Part shown: positions 1-23,988 of the stretch, piece by piece
How positions within the stretch are numbered: position 1 is the stretch's first letter
Layout: every line of letters begins with the position of its first letter
Assembly: GCA_000004695.1 (NCBI GenBank)
Contig: CM000155.2
Span: 2,912,001 to 2,976,000 of the forward strand
Reading direction: 5' to 3'
Source of the DNA: Dictyostelium discoideum
Lineage: Eukaryota
Length of the DNA: 64,000 nucleotides
The notes under the pieces: model-generated
What the model was told of the DNA's origin: nothing
Seen by the model: only the letters and a program-made list of their open reading frames with translations
Databases searched by the model: none
Made by a program: the position numbers and the translations under genes

Positions 1-269
1 GGTGGTATTCCAGCAAAAGAATGGGAGAGATATAAAGGTGAAGCAATTTATACTCCTGAAGAAGATTCTCATCATCCAACATTAACAGTACGTGAAACAT
101 TAGATTTTGCACTTAAATGTAAAACCATTCATAATCGTTTACCAGATGAAAAAAAAGTTACATTTAGAGAGAAAATTTCAAGTTTATTATTATCAATGTT
201 TGGTATTGTACATCAAGCTGATACTGTAAGTTAATTTTATTTTATTTTATTTTATTTTATTTTATTAAA

Positions 270-301
<32 letters not shown>

Positions 302-3300
302 GTTGGTAATGAATATATTAGAGGTTTATCAGGTGGTGAAAGAAAACGTTTAACAATTACAGAAGCAATGGTATCATCAGCATCAATTACATGTTGGGAT
401 TGTTCAACTCGTGGTCTTGATGCAGCATCAGCACTTGACTATGCAAAATCAATTCGTATTATGTCTGATACATTACATAAAACATCTATTGCATCATTTT
501 ATCAAGCATCCGACTCTATTTATAATTTATTCGATAATGTATTAGTATTGGAAAAAGGTAGATGTATTTATTTTGGTCCAGTTGGTCAAGCCAAACAATA
601 CTTTTTAGACTTGGGTTTCGATTGTGAGCCACGTAAATCAGTACCAGACTTTTTAACTGGTGTTACCAATCCACAAGAACGTATTATTAGAAAAGGTTTT
701 GAAGGTCGTGTTCCAGAGACATCTGCAGATTTCGAACAAGCATGGAAAGCATCCGAGTTGTGTAGAGAAATGGAAAGACAACAAACTGAACATGAGAAAA
801 AGATTGAAGTTGAACAACCACATCTCGATTTCATTGAAGAGGTAAGAGCAAACAAAAGTAAGACAAATACAAAGACATCAGTTTATACTACTAGTTTCCC
901 AACTCAAGTTAGAGCTTTAATCGTTAGACATAGTCAAATTATTTGGGGTGATAAGTTTTCATTGGTATCTCGTTATCTTTCAGTTATCATTCAATCATTT
1001 GTTTATGGTTCTGTATTTTATAATATGCAAACCAATCTATCAGGTCTTTTCACTAGAGGTGGTGCAATCTTTGCTGCCATTCTTTTCAACGCTTTTCTAA
1101 GTGAGGGAGAGCTTTTTGCTACATTTTATGGTAGAAGGATTTTACAAAAACAACAGTCCTATGCTATGTATAGACCAAGTGCTTTTCATATTGCACAGGT
1201 TGTAACTGATATTCCATTGACTACAGTTCAAGTTTTTTTATTTTCCATTGTTGTTTATTTCATGTTTGGACTTCAATACGAAGCTGGTAAATTCTTTATT
1301 TTCTGTTTCACTTTAATTGGTGCTACCTTGGCTACAACCAATATGTTCCGTGCCTTTGGTAATTTATCACCATCACTTTATGTAAGTCAAAATGTGATGA
1401 CAGGTATATTAATTTTCATGATCAGTTATTGTGGTTATTCAATTCCAAAGAATAAAATGCATCCATGGTTCGGTTGGTTCTTTTGGGCAAATCCTTTCAC
1501 TTATGCTTTTAAAGCATTAATGGCAAACGAATTTATGGATTTAAATTTCTCTTGCGAAACTGAAGCAATTCCATATGGTACTGATCCAACAACTGGTGCT
1601 CCTTATGATAATTCGGTTAGAGTTTGTGCATCTGCTGGTTCACGTCCAAATACATTGGAGGTTAAAGGTTCAGATTATTTAATGGATGCCTTAACATTTA
1701 AAAGTGATGATCGTACATTAAACATTTTCATTACTTATCTTTGGTGGGTACTTTTCATCATTATAAATATGGTCGCAGTTGAATATTTAGAATGGACAAG
1801 CGGTGGTTTTACAACAAAAACTTATAAAAAAGGTAAAGCTCCAAAATTAAATGATGCTGAGGAAGAGAGAAAACAAAATGAAATTGTAGCAAAAGCAACT
1901 AGTGAAATGAAAGATACTCTTAAAATGAGAGGTGGTGTTTTTACATGGGAAAACATTAAATATACTGTTCCAGTTGGTAAAACTCAAAAATTATTATTAG
2001 ATGATGTTGAAGGTTGGATTAAACCAGGTCAAATGACTGCATTAATGGGTTCATCAGGTGCTGGTAAAACAACACTACTCGATGTTTTAGCAAAGAGAAA
2101 AACATTGGGCACTGTTCAAGGTAAAACTTTCCTTAATGGTAAAGCTTTGGAAATTGATTTCGAACGTATCACTGGTTATGTAGAACAAATGGATGTTCAT
2201 AATCCAGGTTTAACGGTTAGAGAAGCATTACGTTTTTCTGCTAAACTTCGTCAAGAACCATCAGTTTCATTAGAAGAGAAATATGATTATGTCGAACATG
2301 TTTTAGAAATGATGGAAATGAAACATTTAGGTGATGCTTTAGTTGGTACTTTAGAAACTGGTGTTGGTATTTCAGTTGAAGAAAGAAAAAGATTAACAAT
2401 TGGTGTTGAATTGGTTGCTAAACCTCATATTCTTTTCCTTGATGAACCAACGTCTGGTTTAGATGCTCAATCTTCTTATAATATTGTTAAATTCATTCGT
2501 AAATTAGCAGATGCTGGTATGCCATTAGTTTGTACAATTCATCAACCTTCCTCTGTATTATTTGAACATTTCGATCGTATTCTTTTATTAGCTAAAGGTG
2601 GTAAAACAGTTTATTTCGGTGATATTGGGGAAAGATCAAAAACTCTTACTTCTTATTTTGAACGTCAAGGTGTACGTCCATGTACTGAATTTGAAAATCC
2701 AGCTGAATATATTTTAGAAGCAACTGGTGCTGGTGTTCATGGTAAAACTGAAATTAATTGGCCAGAAGTTTGGAAACAATCACCAGAACTTCAAGAAGTT
2801 CGTAGAGAATTATCATCTCTTGAAGCTTCTGGTTCATCTTCATCCTCTAATGAAAATGGTGTTCCAAGAGAATTTGCAACAAGTATTTGGTATCAAACAT
2901 GGGAAGTTTACAAGAGAATGAATGTAATCTACTTTAGAGATCCTTTCTATGCCTATGGTAGTATTCTTCAAGCTGTTATGACTGGTATAATTGTAGGTTT
3001 CACTTTTTGGGATTTAAAAGATAGTTCATCCGATATGAATCAACGTATTTTCTTCATTTTCCAAGCTCTCTTACTTGGTATCCTTTTAATTTTTGTAGTT
3101 ATGGTTCAATTTTTAGTACAAAAAGAATACTTTAAAAGAGATTACGCTAGTAAATTCTATTCTTGGTTCCCATTTGCAATCTCAATTGTTTTGGTTGAAA
3201 TTCCATATACCATTGTTTGCGGCTCGGTTTTCTTCTTTTGTTCATTCTGGACTGCTGGTCTTTTCATGGAAGGTCAAAATGGAGCAAACTTTTACTTTTG

Positions 3301-3823
3301 GATTATCTTTATCATTTACTTGTTCTTCTGTGTCTCATTTGGTGGTGCAATTGCTGCAGTTTGTAATCATATGTTTTTGGCAATGACTCTTGTACCATTA
3401 CTAATTGTTTTCCTATTTCTTTTTTGTGGAGTTATGGTTCCCCCAAGCCAAATTCCTACGTTCTGGAAGGGTTGGGTCTATCATTTAAATCCCTGTCGTT
3501 ATTTCATGGAAGGTATCATTACAAATGTTCTCGAACATCAAAAAGTTAATTGCTCATATGAAGATTTAACTAAATTTAATAATCCTACAACTTTAACATG
3601 TGAAGAATATTTTGTACCAGCAACTGGTTATGTTACAAATACTACCTCTGATAACTCTGAATGTGGTTATTGCATTTTCAATAGTGGTGAACAATATTAT
3701 AAAACTCTTGAATGGGATGCTTCAAATAAAGGTCGAAGTATTGCAATTCTAATTGCTTTTTGGATGTTCAATATTTTCTTAGTCGTTTCATTTGTTTATT
3801 TAACAAGAAAACCAAGTAGATAA
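1..3823 (+). CDS. ABC transporter, G family (PDR-type full-size), 5'-partial. Exons 1..225 and 299..3823 with intron 226..298 (GTAAGT...AAG). The window opens inside NBD1; it then runs through TMD1, NBD2 and TMD2 to the stop codon.
   Basis: Translating from base 1 in frame gives 'LSGGERKRL' (ABC signature) straight after the intron. Later come the Walker A '[15 protein letters not shown]', a second signature '[13 protein letters not shown]' and Walker B '[12 protein letters not shown]', then two blocks of 6 hydrophobic helices. Codon usage is Dictyostelium-like. The gene continues upstream of the window. Confidence 0.85.
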
Positions 3824-3875
3824 ATTATCTCAATAGTCCTTATAGTAATATAAAAAAAAAAATAAAAAAAAATAA

Positions 3876-3930
<55 letters not shown>

Positions 3931-3946
3931 TAATAATAAAAAAAAA

Positions 3947-4262
3947 AAAAAATATATTCAAATAAAATAAACTTTATCTTTTTTTTTTTATTTCTTTTAA
4001 AAAAAAAGTATTTTTTAAAATTTAATTGACTAAGAGTTTATAATCCAATTTTTATTAAATATTAAAATATATAAATTTAGGGTTTATCATTTTTTTTTTT
4101 CAAACCACATTAGTCACAAAATATTCAAATAAAAAAAACTTTGTCTTTTTTTTTATTTCTTTTAAAAAAAAGTATTTTTTAAAATTTAAATTGACTAAGA
4201 GTTATAATCTAATTTTTATTAAATATTAAAATATTTAAATTTAGGGTTTATCATTTTTTTTT
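3947..4262. repeat. Two tandem ~140-150-bp copies of the ABC-gene 3'-flank unit ('attcaaataaaataaactttatc...gactaagagtttataatc...tagggtttatcattttttt'). A third copy lies at 6376..6490.
   Basis: Direct sequence comparison: 3957..4092 is about the same as 4123..4262 and as 6391..6490, with a few substitutions or indels. Confidence 0.8.
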
Positions 4263-4395
4263 TTTAAAAAATATTAATTTTAAACAAAAGAGAGGAAGAA
4301 AAGAAAAAACAATAATTATTAATGTTGTTTGTGATATTATTAAAAATTTAATCATTATTACTATTATTGTCAAAAATTTGCTGATAAATCATCAA

Positions 4396-4860
4396 AGTAA
4401 GAATCTTTCAGTTATCATTCAATCATTAGTTTATGTTTCTATATTTTATAATATGCAAACCAATCCATCAGGTCTTTTCACTAGAGGTGGTGCAATCTTT
4501 GCTGCCATTCTTTTCAACGCTTTTCTAAGTGAAGGGAACTTTTTGCTTGTCTGCGTAGAATTTCACAAAAACAATATTCCTATTCTATGTATAGACCAAG
4601 TGCTTTTCATATTTCACAGTTTCCAACTGATATTCCATTGACTACAGTTCAAGTTTTTTATTTTCCATTGTTGTTTATTTCATGTTTGGACTTCAATAAG
4701 AAGCTGGTAAATTCTTTACTTTCTGTTTCACTTTAATTGGTGCTACCTTGGCTACAACCAATATGTTCCGTGCCTTTGGTAATTTATCACCTATCATTGT
4801 TGTTTATTTCATGTTTGGCTTTCAATACCAAACCGGTTAATTCTTTATTTTCTGTTTTAC
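4396..4860 (+). pseudogene. Decayed partial copy of the ABCG transporter. It corresponds to about 975..1390 of the intact gene (TMD1 start) and has frameshifts, indels and an internal short duplication.
   Basis: Long near-identical strings match 980..1110, for example 'cagttatcattcaatcat..tatattttataatatgcaaaccaatc.atcaggtcttttcactagaggtggtgcaatctttgctgccattcttttcaacgcttttctaagtga'. Identity then breaks, the ORF is disrupted, and 'ttgttgtttatttcatgtttgg' is duplicated. Confidence 0.65.
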
Positions 4861-5989
4861 CAAATCCACCATTTTATTAAAAGTTTACTAGAAATAAAAA
4901 ATAATAATAATAATAATAATATTAAAAATAAATAAATAATAAACAATCAAACATAACAAGAGAACTCTACCTTTAATTTTTTTTTTTTTTTTTTAAATTT
5001 GGTTTGAATAATAATATTTTTTTTTATATTTTTTATTATTATTATTTTGTTAATTATTAAAATTTTCAAAAAATTACTAATAAATCATCAAAATAAGATT
5101 CTAAAAAATCTGGTAAAATTTGCTTATTCACAAAGCAAATTCTTTTTTTTGCTTTATTTTTCATTTTTCATTTCTTTTTTCAAACTATTTTAGTAACAAT
5201 AAAGAATAAGCAAATAATTAATTTATTAAATTTAAAAAAAAGCAATGGCCATAACGAAAACAATACCACAATTATCAAAGAGTGATTTTAGCATCTGGTT
5301 TGTTTAAATTAAATTTTCAATATCATCACCATCATCACAACCAACAATACAGCTGTTCTTAGGTGTTTTAGATACTACATAAACAATATTACTCCCAAAT
5401 CACTATCAATTATAAACAAAATAAAACAATCTGAATAATCAAAATAATTCTTTGGGTGAAGAAGATATAGGTCAACCAAAATTATTTTCATCAACACTTC
5501 AATCTTCAAAACCCGTATCACCAAAAATAAATGTAAACGCCACATTATCATCACCAACTACGAGCTCATCAATACCAAGACCACTAACAAAATCAACAAC
5601 CACTACATCACCTTTAACAACAACAACAGCCACTACAGGTAATCTTTTCAGTTCAATTCAACCAATGGCACAATCAATCATCCACACCTATACGTGATAA
5701 ACCTTATGTACTTGGGCTAATGTTTAGGCTAAACTAACAATCACTTCAACAATCAAACATTCAATTTAACAATCTTCTTCTTTGCCAAATTTCACCTGTA
5801 CCACCAAATTTCTCAGCACAACCATTTTACATGTTCATAAGATCTCTTTATCAATGCATCATGATGACTATATATTATTGTAACTGTAAGTTTTAAAAAT
5901 CATACTAACACAAATATTTCAACAAAAATAATTTGAAATCTAATAAAGATATAGATTTTTATTCTTTCTTTTATTTTTAAATCTTCATA

Positions 5990-6115
5990 TGAGCATATAA
6001 CTTCTTGATGTTCGAGAACATTTGTAATGATACCTTCCATGAAATAACGACAAGGATTTAAATGATATACTCATCCTTTCCAGAAGGTAGGAATTTGGCT
6101 TGGCCGGGTCATAAC
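5990..6115 (-). pseudogene. Inverted fragment of the ABCG transporter 3' coding region (equivalent to about 3440..3545).
   Basis: The reverse complement of 'cttcttgatgttcgagaacatttgtaatgataccttccatgaaataacgacaaggatttaaatgata' matches 'catttaaatccctgtcgttatttcatggaaggtatcattacaaatgttctcgaacatcaaaaag' in the intact gene. Confidence 0.6.
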
Positions 6116-6375
6116 GATGGCGCTAATAAATTATCAAAAAAAAAAAAAACCAATCAATTCTATTGAATCCATAACCCATCTCTAATTTTGCAACTGATTC
6201 AGGTTTGTGAAGTTGGGTAATTTGTTGCTGTGGTTGTTGCTGTAGTAATTGTTGTTGTTGTCGATATAATTCATAGTAAAGGTGCAGTAGGTAAATTATC
6301 TTAATAATTAGAGTAGTCTTTATAATAATTAGTTTATAAAAAAAAAAAAAATTAAAAAAAAAATAATAATAATAA

Positions 6376-6490
6376 TAAAAATAAAAATATATTCAAATAA
6401 AATAAACTATATCTTTTTTTTTTTTTATTTCTTTTAAAGTATTTTTTTAAATTTAATTGACTAAGAATTATAATTCAATTTTTATTTATA
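6376..6490. repeat. Third, partial copy of the ABC 3'-flank repeat unit.
   Basis: 'atattcaaataaaataaactatatcttttttt...atttaattgactaagaattataattcaatttttatt' matches 3955..4060. Confidence 0.7.
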
Positions 6491-7080
6491 TTATTATTAT
6501 TATTATTATTTTTTCAAAATTTAAAAATAAATTTGGTTTGAATAAAATAGTAAATATTTTGCGAAGGTTGCTTTTTTTTTTTTTTTTTTTTATTTATTTT
6601 TTGCTATTAAAAATATATTGCCGTGGTTAGAAAAAAAAAAAAAAAAAAAATCGTTTCGGTATTTAAAGTATTTAAAGGCGAGGGGTTGCCTGATCTTAAT
6701 TTTATCCTTTTGGTCAAAAAAAAAAAAAAAAAAAAAAAAAAATAAAATTCGTTGGGAAAAATAAAAAAAAAAAAGTAGATTCCCACCCCGACACATCAAA
6801 TCTTTGCATCATTTAAAAAAAAATTTTTTTTTAAAACGCTTCCAAACCCAACACAAAAAAAAAATATCTAAATTTAATTTATTTTTATTTTATTTATTTT
6901 TTTTTTTTTTTTTCGTTTTTACCTCAAAATAAGTTTTTTTTTTTTTTTGTTTTAAATTTACCAGCCTTCATTTCACTTTTAAATAAATTTATTCTTTTTT
7001 TTTTAATAAATTTTTTTTTTAAAATATAATTTTTTTTTTTAATACTATATATATATATATACAAATAGAAAAAAAAAAAA

Positions 7081-8002
7081 ATGAAATTAATTTTAATATT
7101 TATTTTATCAATAATTATAAATTGTTGTTTTTCAATAATTCCAACATCAATTAGATTAGCATTTACAAAGAATCAAGATGAAGTTAGAGTTACATGGTGG
7201 ACAGATGAAGCAATGGAATCACCAATCGTATTATTTAATAATGAAATGTTTGTACCAAATCAAGATTCAGTCAATGGAATTGAAGCAACCGTTATGAGTT
7301 ATGATACATTAGGATTTCATGGTCATCCAACTACTGCAATTTTAACAGGATTACAAGAAATGACTCAATACTTTTATTCAATTGGTAATAAACATAGTGA
7401 TGAATATTCAGAAGTTTTTAATTTTACAACAGGAAAAATCAATCAAATCGGTGGTCAAGTTACACCATTCTCTCTTTCAATTTTTGGTGATATGGGATAT
7501 GGTGGAAAAGGATTAGATTCAGATTTCTATACAGTTGCAAATTTATATGAACGTTCAAATGATTTAGCATTCAATATTCATGTTGGTGATATTGCATACG
7601 CTGATGAAACTTGGGAGACTGCAATCAATGGTAATCAAACTATTTGGAATCAATTTTTAGATTCAATTAATCCAGTATCCTCTCATTTAATCTATATGAC
7701 ATGTCCAGGTAATCACGATATTTTCTATGACCTTTCAGTTTATCGTCGTACTTGGTTAATGCCAACTGATGATAATGATCAAGTATCTTGGTATTCATTT
7801 GATTATAATGGTGTTCATTTCGTTGGTATCTCTTCTGAACATGACTTTTTACCACTCTCTCCACAACATACTTGGATTGAAAATGATTTAAAAAATTTTA
7901 GATCAAATAATCCTGATAATTTTATTATTATGTTTGCTCATAGACGTAAGTAAAATTTATTAATTATTTTTATTATTTATTTTAATATTATTTTTAATTT
8001 AC

Positions 8003-8033
<31 letters not shown>

Positions 8034-8452
8034 TTTTTTTAGCATTTTATTGTTCAACAGTTTGGAATTGGTGTAATACTACTGAAGATTATTTAAAGAA
8101 AGCATTTGTTTATTCACTTGAAAATTTACTTTATAAATATAATGTTGATATGTTTATTTCTGGTCATACACATTCAAGTGAAAGAACTTTACCAACTTAT
8201 AATGGTCAACCAATTGGTACCTATTCAAATCCAAAAGCTACGATTCATATCACTGTTGGTACTGGTGGTAACTCTGAAGGTAATCAACATCATTGGTATC
8301 CACAACCAATTTGGTCAAGTGGTTATAGAATTTCTGATAATGGTTTTGGTTTAATGAATTTTATAAATTCTACAACTTTATCTTGGCAATTTGTTGCAAA
8401 TATTAATAATACAATTATTGATGAAATTTTCATTACCAAAGGTCAATTTTAA
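7081..8452 (+). CDS. Purple acid phosphatase-like metallophosphoesterase, secreted. Exons 7081..7945 and 8043..8452 with intron 7946..8042.
   Basis: N-terminal signal peptide MKLILIFILSIIINCCFS. All five PAP motif blocks are present in order: GDMGYGG, GDIAYAD, PGNHD, the spliced 'FAHRP-FYCS' that spans the intron, and SGHTHSSER. Splicing joins ...HR(c|ca=P)FYCS in frame. Confidence 0.85.
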
Positions 8453-8776
8453 AAAAATAAATAAATAAATATAAAAATAAATAAATTTTCATAATTAAAA
8501 AAAAAAATAATAATAATAAATAAATAAATAAATAAACAAACAAACAAATAAAATAATAGAATAAATAAATAAATTATTATATATATATATATATTTTTTT
8601 GTAATTATTTAAATATAAAAAAAAAAAAAAAAAAAAAAATCTATTTTTAAAAATGATAAATCATTTTCACTCAAAATATTTTTTATTTTTATTTTTTTTT
8701 TTTCGTTTTTTGGAAAAATCATTTTTTTTTATTTTTATTTTATTTTTATTTTTTTTTTTTTTTTATTTTTTTTTTA

Positions 8777-8807
<31 letters not shown>

Positions 8808-8899
8808 AAAAATTCAAAAAAAAAAAACGAACGACACTATTTTTGAGAGTATTGTTTTCTGGTATTAATATATAAATATTAATTAAAATTAGAGTAATA

Positions 8900-15823
<6,924 letters not shown>

Positions 15824-16132
15824 TTAATTTAAAAAAAAAAAAATGATAAAAAAAAAAAATAAAAATAAAAAAAAAAATGATTAAAAATAAAAAATTAAAA
15901 TAAATAATAACCTAAAATTCTTTTTTTTTCTTGGTTTTAAAAAAAACAATATTTTTTTTATTTAATTCTTTTTCTCCTATAAGAATAAAAAAAGAAAAAA
16001 AAAGAATAAAATATAAAAATTTATCGTGGTTTGTTTGAATCGTAAAAGGGTTTTTTAAATTTTGTTAATCGTTATTATATTATTATCTCTTGGGGAGGGG
16101 GAAAAAAAAAAAGATTATAGGATCATATATAA

Positions 16133-20557
<4,425 letters not shown>

Positions 20558-21474
20558 CGTAGTATATTATTTTTATTTTTATTATTATTATTATTATTAT
20601 TATTTAAAAACTGCGTTTATAAAAGGTGTTGTGTTGTATTGTTGTTGGTTGTGGGTTTTTTTTTTTTTTTTTTTTTTTTTTTGTGATTTTTTTCTTCCTT
20701 GATTTTTGGGATTTTTTTTTTTTTTTTTTTTTTTATTATTATTAAAAAAAATTTATTTTACAAATTGATCGTTTTATTGTTGAGTCGTGATTATTATTGG
20801 GGGTTTATTTTATTATTATTACTATTTACAATATTATTAAATATATCTATCTATCAAAAACCGAATCAAAAAAAAAAAAAAAAATTGGAAAATAAGGAAT
20901 TAGTAATTTTTCTTCTTTTAAAAAAAAAATTAAAAATAAAAAAAAATAAAAAAAAAAATATCCCTCTTTTAGGGAATAATAAATTGAGTTAAAATAAAAA
21001 TTAACGAAATAAAAATAAATAATAGTAAATTTTTAAAAATGTAATTGTTTTTTTTAAAAAAAAAAAAAAAAAATTATAATAAATTATAAAAAGTTTGAAA
21101 ATAAATATTAAAATAAATTACTTTTTATAAAAAAAAAATAAAATAATGACTAAGAATAAAAATAAAATAAAATAAAATAAAAAAATTGTAATAAAAAAAA
21201 CAATGATAAATACAAGTAAAGTATACCTATAAATGTTACTACAACACAAAAATACTGTTTTAAAAAAAAAAAAAAAAAACTACATTAATGCTATTATTTT
21301 TAATATTATTATTTTTTTTATTCATTTATTTTTTTTTATTATTTATTTTTTTATTTAATAAAAAAGTAAAAAANNNNNNNNNNNNNNNNNNNNNNNNNNN
21401 NNNNNNNNNNNNNNNNNNNNNNNNNNNNNNNNNNNNNNNNNNNNNNNNNNNNNNNNNNNNNNNNNNNNNNNNNT

Positions 21475-22812
21475 CTAAACTGAAGATTTGTGGATACTTG
21501 AAGTTTTGATTGCTTTGGTCACTTCATGTATTCTTATCGGTCTGTCTATCTCGAGTTTCTTGATTAAATCAACGTCTACTTCCCATTTTTCTAATAACTT
21601 CTGGTGGGTTTCTTCGTTATCTTCTTTCTCTTCATATTGATCTTGATAGAATTCAACAAATCTTTTTGCTATGTTCTCTTTATCTGATATGGTCTTATTA
21701 TCTTTATCTTTTATTTGGAATATTGATTTATCTTTGGCTCTGGATTTAAGGATACTTGTGAGGTATTTGCTTGGTGTTTCTTGATGCAGGTGGAGTTTTA
21801 ATTTGATATCCCATGCTTTTACCTTTCTTTCTTCTTCTAATATTCTACTTATTTCTTCATTGAATTCTTTTCTCATCTTTGGAATGATATCACTATTTTC
21901 AAGTAATTTGTGGATTACGTATTTTCTTTTGTTCTTTTCTTTCTTTATTTTGTTTTGTTCTTTTTTTAAATAATCTCTGATGACATTATTTTTAAATTTC
22001 GTCCATTCCTCCACTGATTTGATCTTATCTTTGTTCTTACTGATTAATTCTGATAACCCATCATGTATATGTTTGTTGTTGAGAATTTCTTTACATAATG
22101 TCCAAGGGAGTCTTTCTAGTTTGGTTGTTGTTGTTGTTGTTGTTTCTCTGTTGGTTTGTATTGTGATTGTGATGGGAAAGTGATCTGATTTGTTAAATAC
22201 TGTGTTGTGGACTACCAGTTTTGAATTTTGGTTTAGTAGTGTTGGATGACAGTAGATTCTATCTAGTCTCTTCATTGATCTTGGAAATGTTGGAGTGTTT
22301 TCTTCAATACCAGTATCTAGTAGCATGTCTTGGTCTATTATTTTACGTAATTCAGTACCGAAGAATCTGTTGCAATCGTGGTTGTTATTGAAGTCGCCTG
22401 CTATTATTTGATGGTTGATTGAATTATATTTTTTAAACAGTGATTTTGAGTTGATTATGAAGGTGTTTCTTTCAGATATAGTCGCTGGAGCATAGATCAA
22501 TAATATGTTGATAGAATTAAAGGAATTGTATTTAATTGATAGTATTCTACCATCATCGTCTTTGAAGTTTATTGATATTTGGCCTTTTCTTGTATCTCTA
22601 TTTTCTATTGCTATGCCAGTTCCTTTACCTGAACCATGATCTATTCTTTCAAAGTTGAACATTGTTTTGTGGTGGTTGAATCCATTGAAATTAGTTTCAG
22701 TTAGGAGTGCTAATTGAGTGCCAATTCTTTTTATCGTTTCTTCTGTTTTATTCTTAGCGTTGGTTGATTGATTACCTCTGCAGTTCCATAGTAATAATTT
22801 TAATTGTTCCAT
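21475..22812 (-). CDS. Retroelement ORF2, N-terminal endonuclease (APE) part. It is 3'-truncated by the assembly gap; the RT domain is not present here.
   Basis: Exonuclease-endonuclease-phosphatase motifs are present (N..E near the N-terminus, 'GDFN', 'SDH'), typical of a LINE ORF2 N-terminus. Confidence 0.75.
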   Translation of the reverse strand: MEQLKLLLWNCRGNQSTNAKNKTEETIKRIGTQLALLTETNFNGFNHHKTMFNFERIDHGSGKGTGIAIENRDTRKGQISINFKDDDGRILSIKYNSFNSINILLIYAPATISERNTFIINSKSLFKKYNSINHQIIAGDFNNNHDCNRFFGTELRKIIDQDMLLDTGIEENTPTFPRSMKRLDRIYCHPTLLNQNSKLVVHNTVFNKSDHFPITITIQTNRETTTTTTTKLERLPWTLCKEILNNKHIHDGLSELISKNKDKIKSVEEWTKFKNNVIRDYLKKEQNKIKKEKNKRKYVIHKLLENSDIIPKMRKEFNEEISRILEEERKVKAWDIKLKLHLHQETPSKYLTSILKSRAKDKSIFQIKDKDNKTISDKENIAKRFVEFYQDQYEEKEDNEETHQKLLEKWEVDVDLIKKLEIDRPIRIHEVTKAIKTSSIHKSSV

Positions 22813-23684
22813 TATTTTCTAATACTACTGGCAATTGGAAACTTGGTACCATTGCTTGTAGTAATTTTATTGATAGGTTTTGTAGTAGTAGTAGTAGTAG
22901 TAGTAGTAGTTTTGTTTAGGTTGTAGATTGTTGTATTGCTTGTTGGTAATTGATGTGTGGTTGTTGTTGGTGTGGTTGTTGTTTGTGTGGTTGTTATTGG
23001 TGTGGTTGTTATTGGTGTGGTTGTTGATACATTAGTTGTTGGTGGAGTTGATGGTATTGATTTAGTTGTGTTTGTAGTTGTTGGTTGTTGGTTTTTATTA
23101 CTTGTGTTTTTTTTTTTTCTAACATCTCTTATTTCTTTATTGTTATATTCAGAGATGAAGGCTCTTATTGGATGCTTACTACCTTTTATAGCATCAATGT
23201 TTGTTTTAATGATTGAGATATCATCTTCTTTATTAAATAATAGTATGCATGAATATCTAATCACATCTGGTAGCATTACTATGTTGCATTCATCTATTAG
23301 TAATGGCTCCAATCCCCAGTTTTCTTTTACCATTTGATTGTTTATTTTTTTTATTATGTTTTTTGTAAATGTGTAAAAGTGGACATAGTGATATCCTGGG
23401 GTGTAAAGTATGAATTTTTGCAGTGGGAAATCTTCATACTTGAAAGTGCTGTAACACTCGTGTAATAATGTGAATTTTTCTTTTAGTATTCTACCGAATA
23501 CTGTTATACCCTTTTGTCTTCTGACAATGTTGAGAGTACCATTAACTATGAAATTATCTATTAATTTTGTTGAATTACTATTTAATTCCAAGGTATTTGG
23601 GTAGAATAACCTTATTTGAATAGTTTTTTTATTTAACTCTTCTTCGCCTAAGTTGAGTTCACCTTTAAGTTTATCGAAAAAATT

Positions 23685-23687
<3 letters not shown>
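22812..23687 (-). CDS. Retroelement ORF1 protein.
   Basis: A 291-aa ORF immediately upstream of, and overlapping by 1 nt with, the ORF2 ATG (TAATGG). Confidence 0.75.
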
Positions 23688-23718
<31 letters not shown>

Positions 23719-23988
23719 TTATTTTTATTATTTTTTTTTTAATTATGTGTTTATATAAAAATATTTTTTATTTTTATTTTTATTTTTTTTTTTTTTTTTC
23801 TTTCTCGTTTATTCAGATCTATTCTTATTCCTAATCCAAGGATTGAAGGAATTAGTGTGTAGAGTAGATAGATTGAATGTAGTTGATGTTAGATTGATGA
23901 TGGATATGTTTTTCTGTATCTAGTATCCGTTTGATCAACTGTAGGCTTTTAGTTGTTACTCACTTAATTGTGGTAGATTTTATAATAA

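Larger units (their letters stand above)
21474..23960 (-). mobile_element. Non-LTR tRNA-gene-targeting retroelement (TRE family; its position downstream of the tRNA suggests TRE3-type), 5' portion. It has a 5'UTR, ORF1 and the apurinic/apyrimidinic endonuclease part of ORF2. It is truncated by the N-gap at 21372..21473.
   Basis: ORF1 is at 22812..23687 (291 aa, Thr/Pro-rich C-terminus). ORF2 starts at the overlapping TAATG (22812), and its product 'LLLWNCRGN...LALLTETN...IIAGDFN...SDHFPITI' is an APE/EEP endonuclease. The 5' end lies about 70-180 bp downstream of the 3' end of tRNA-Ile on the same strand. The ORF runs straight into the gap. Confidence 0.8.

Noticed and set aside
21474-23960. 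Calling the tRNA-proximal elements TRE5-A
   Set aside because: TRE5 elements insert about 48 bp upstream of tRNA genes. Both elements here lie on the 3' side of the tRNA, about 70-180 bp downstream, which is the TRE3 pattern. The exact subfamily needs a consensus comparison.
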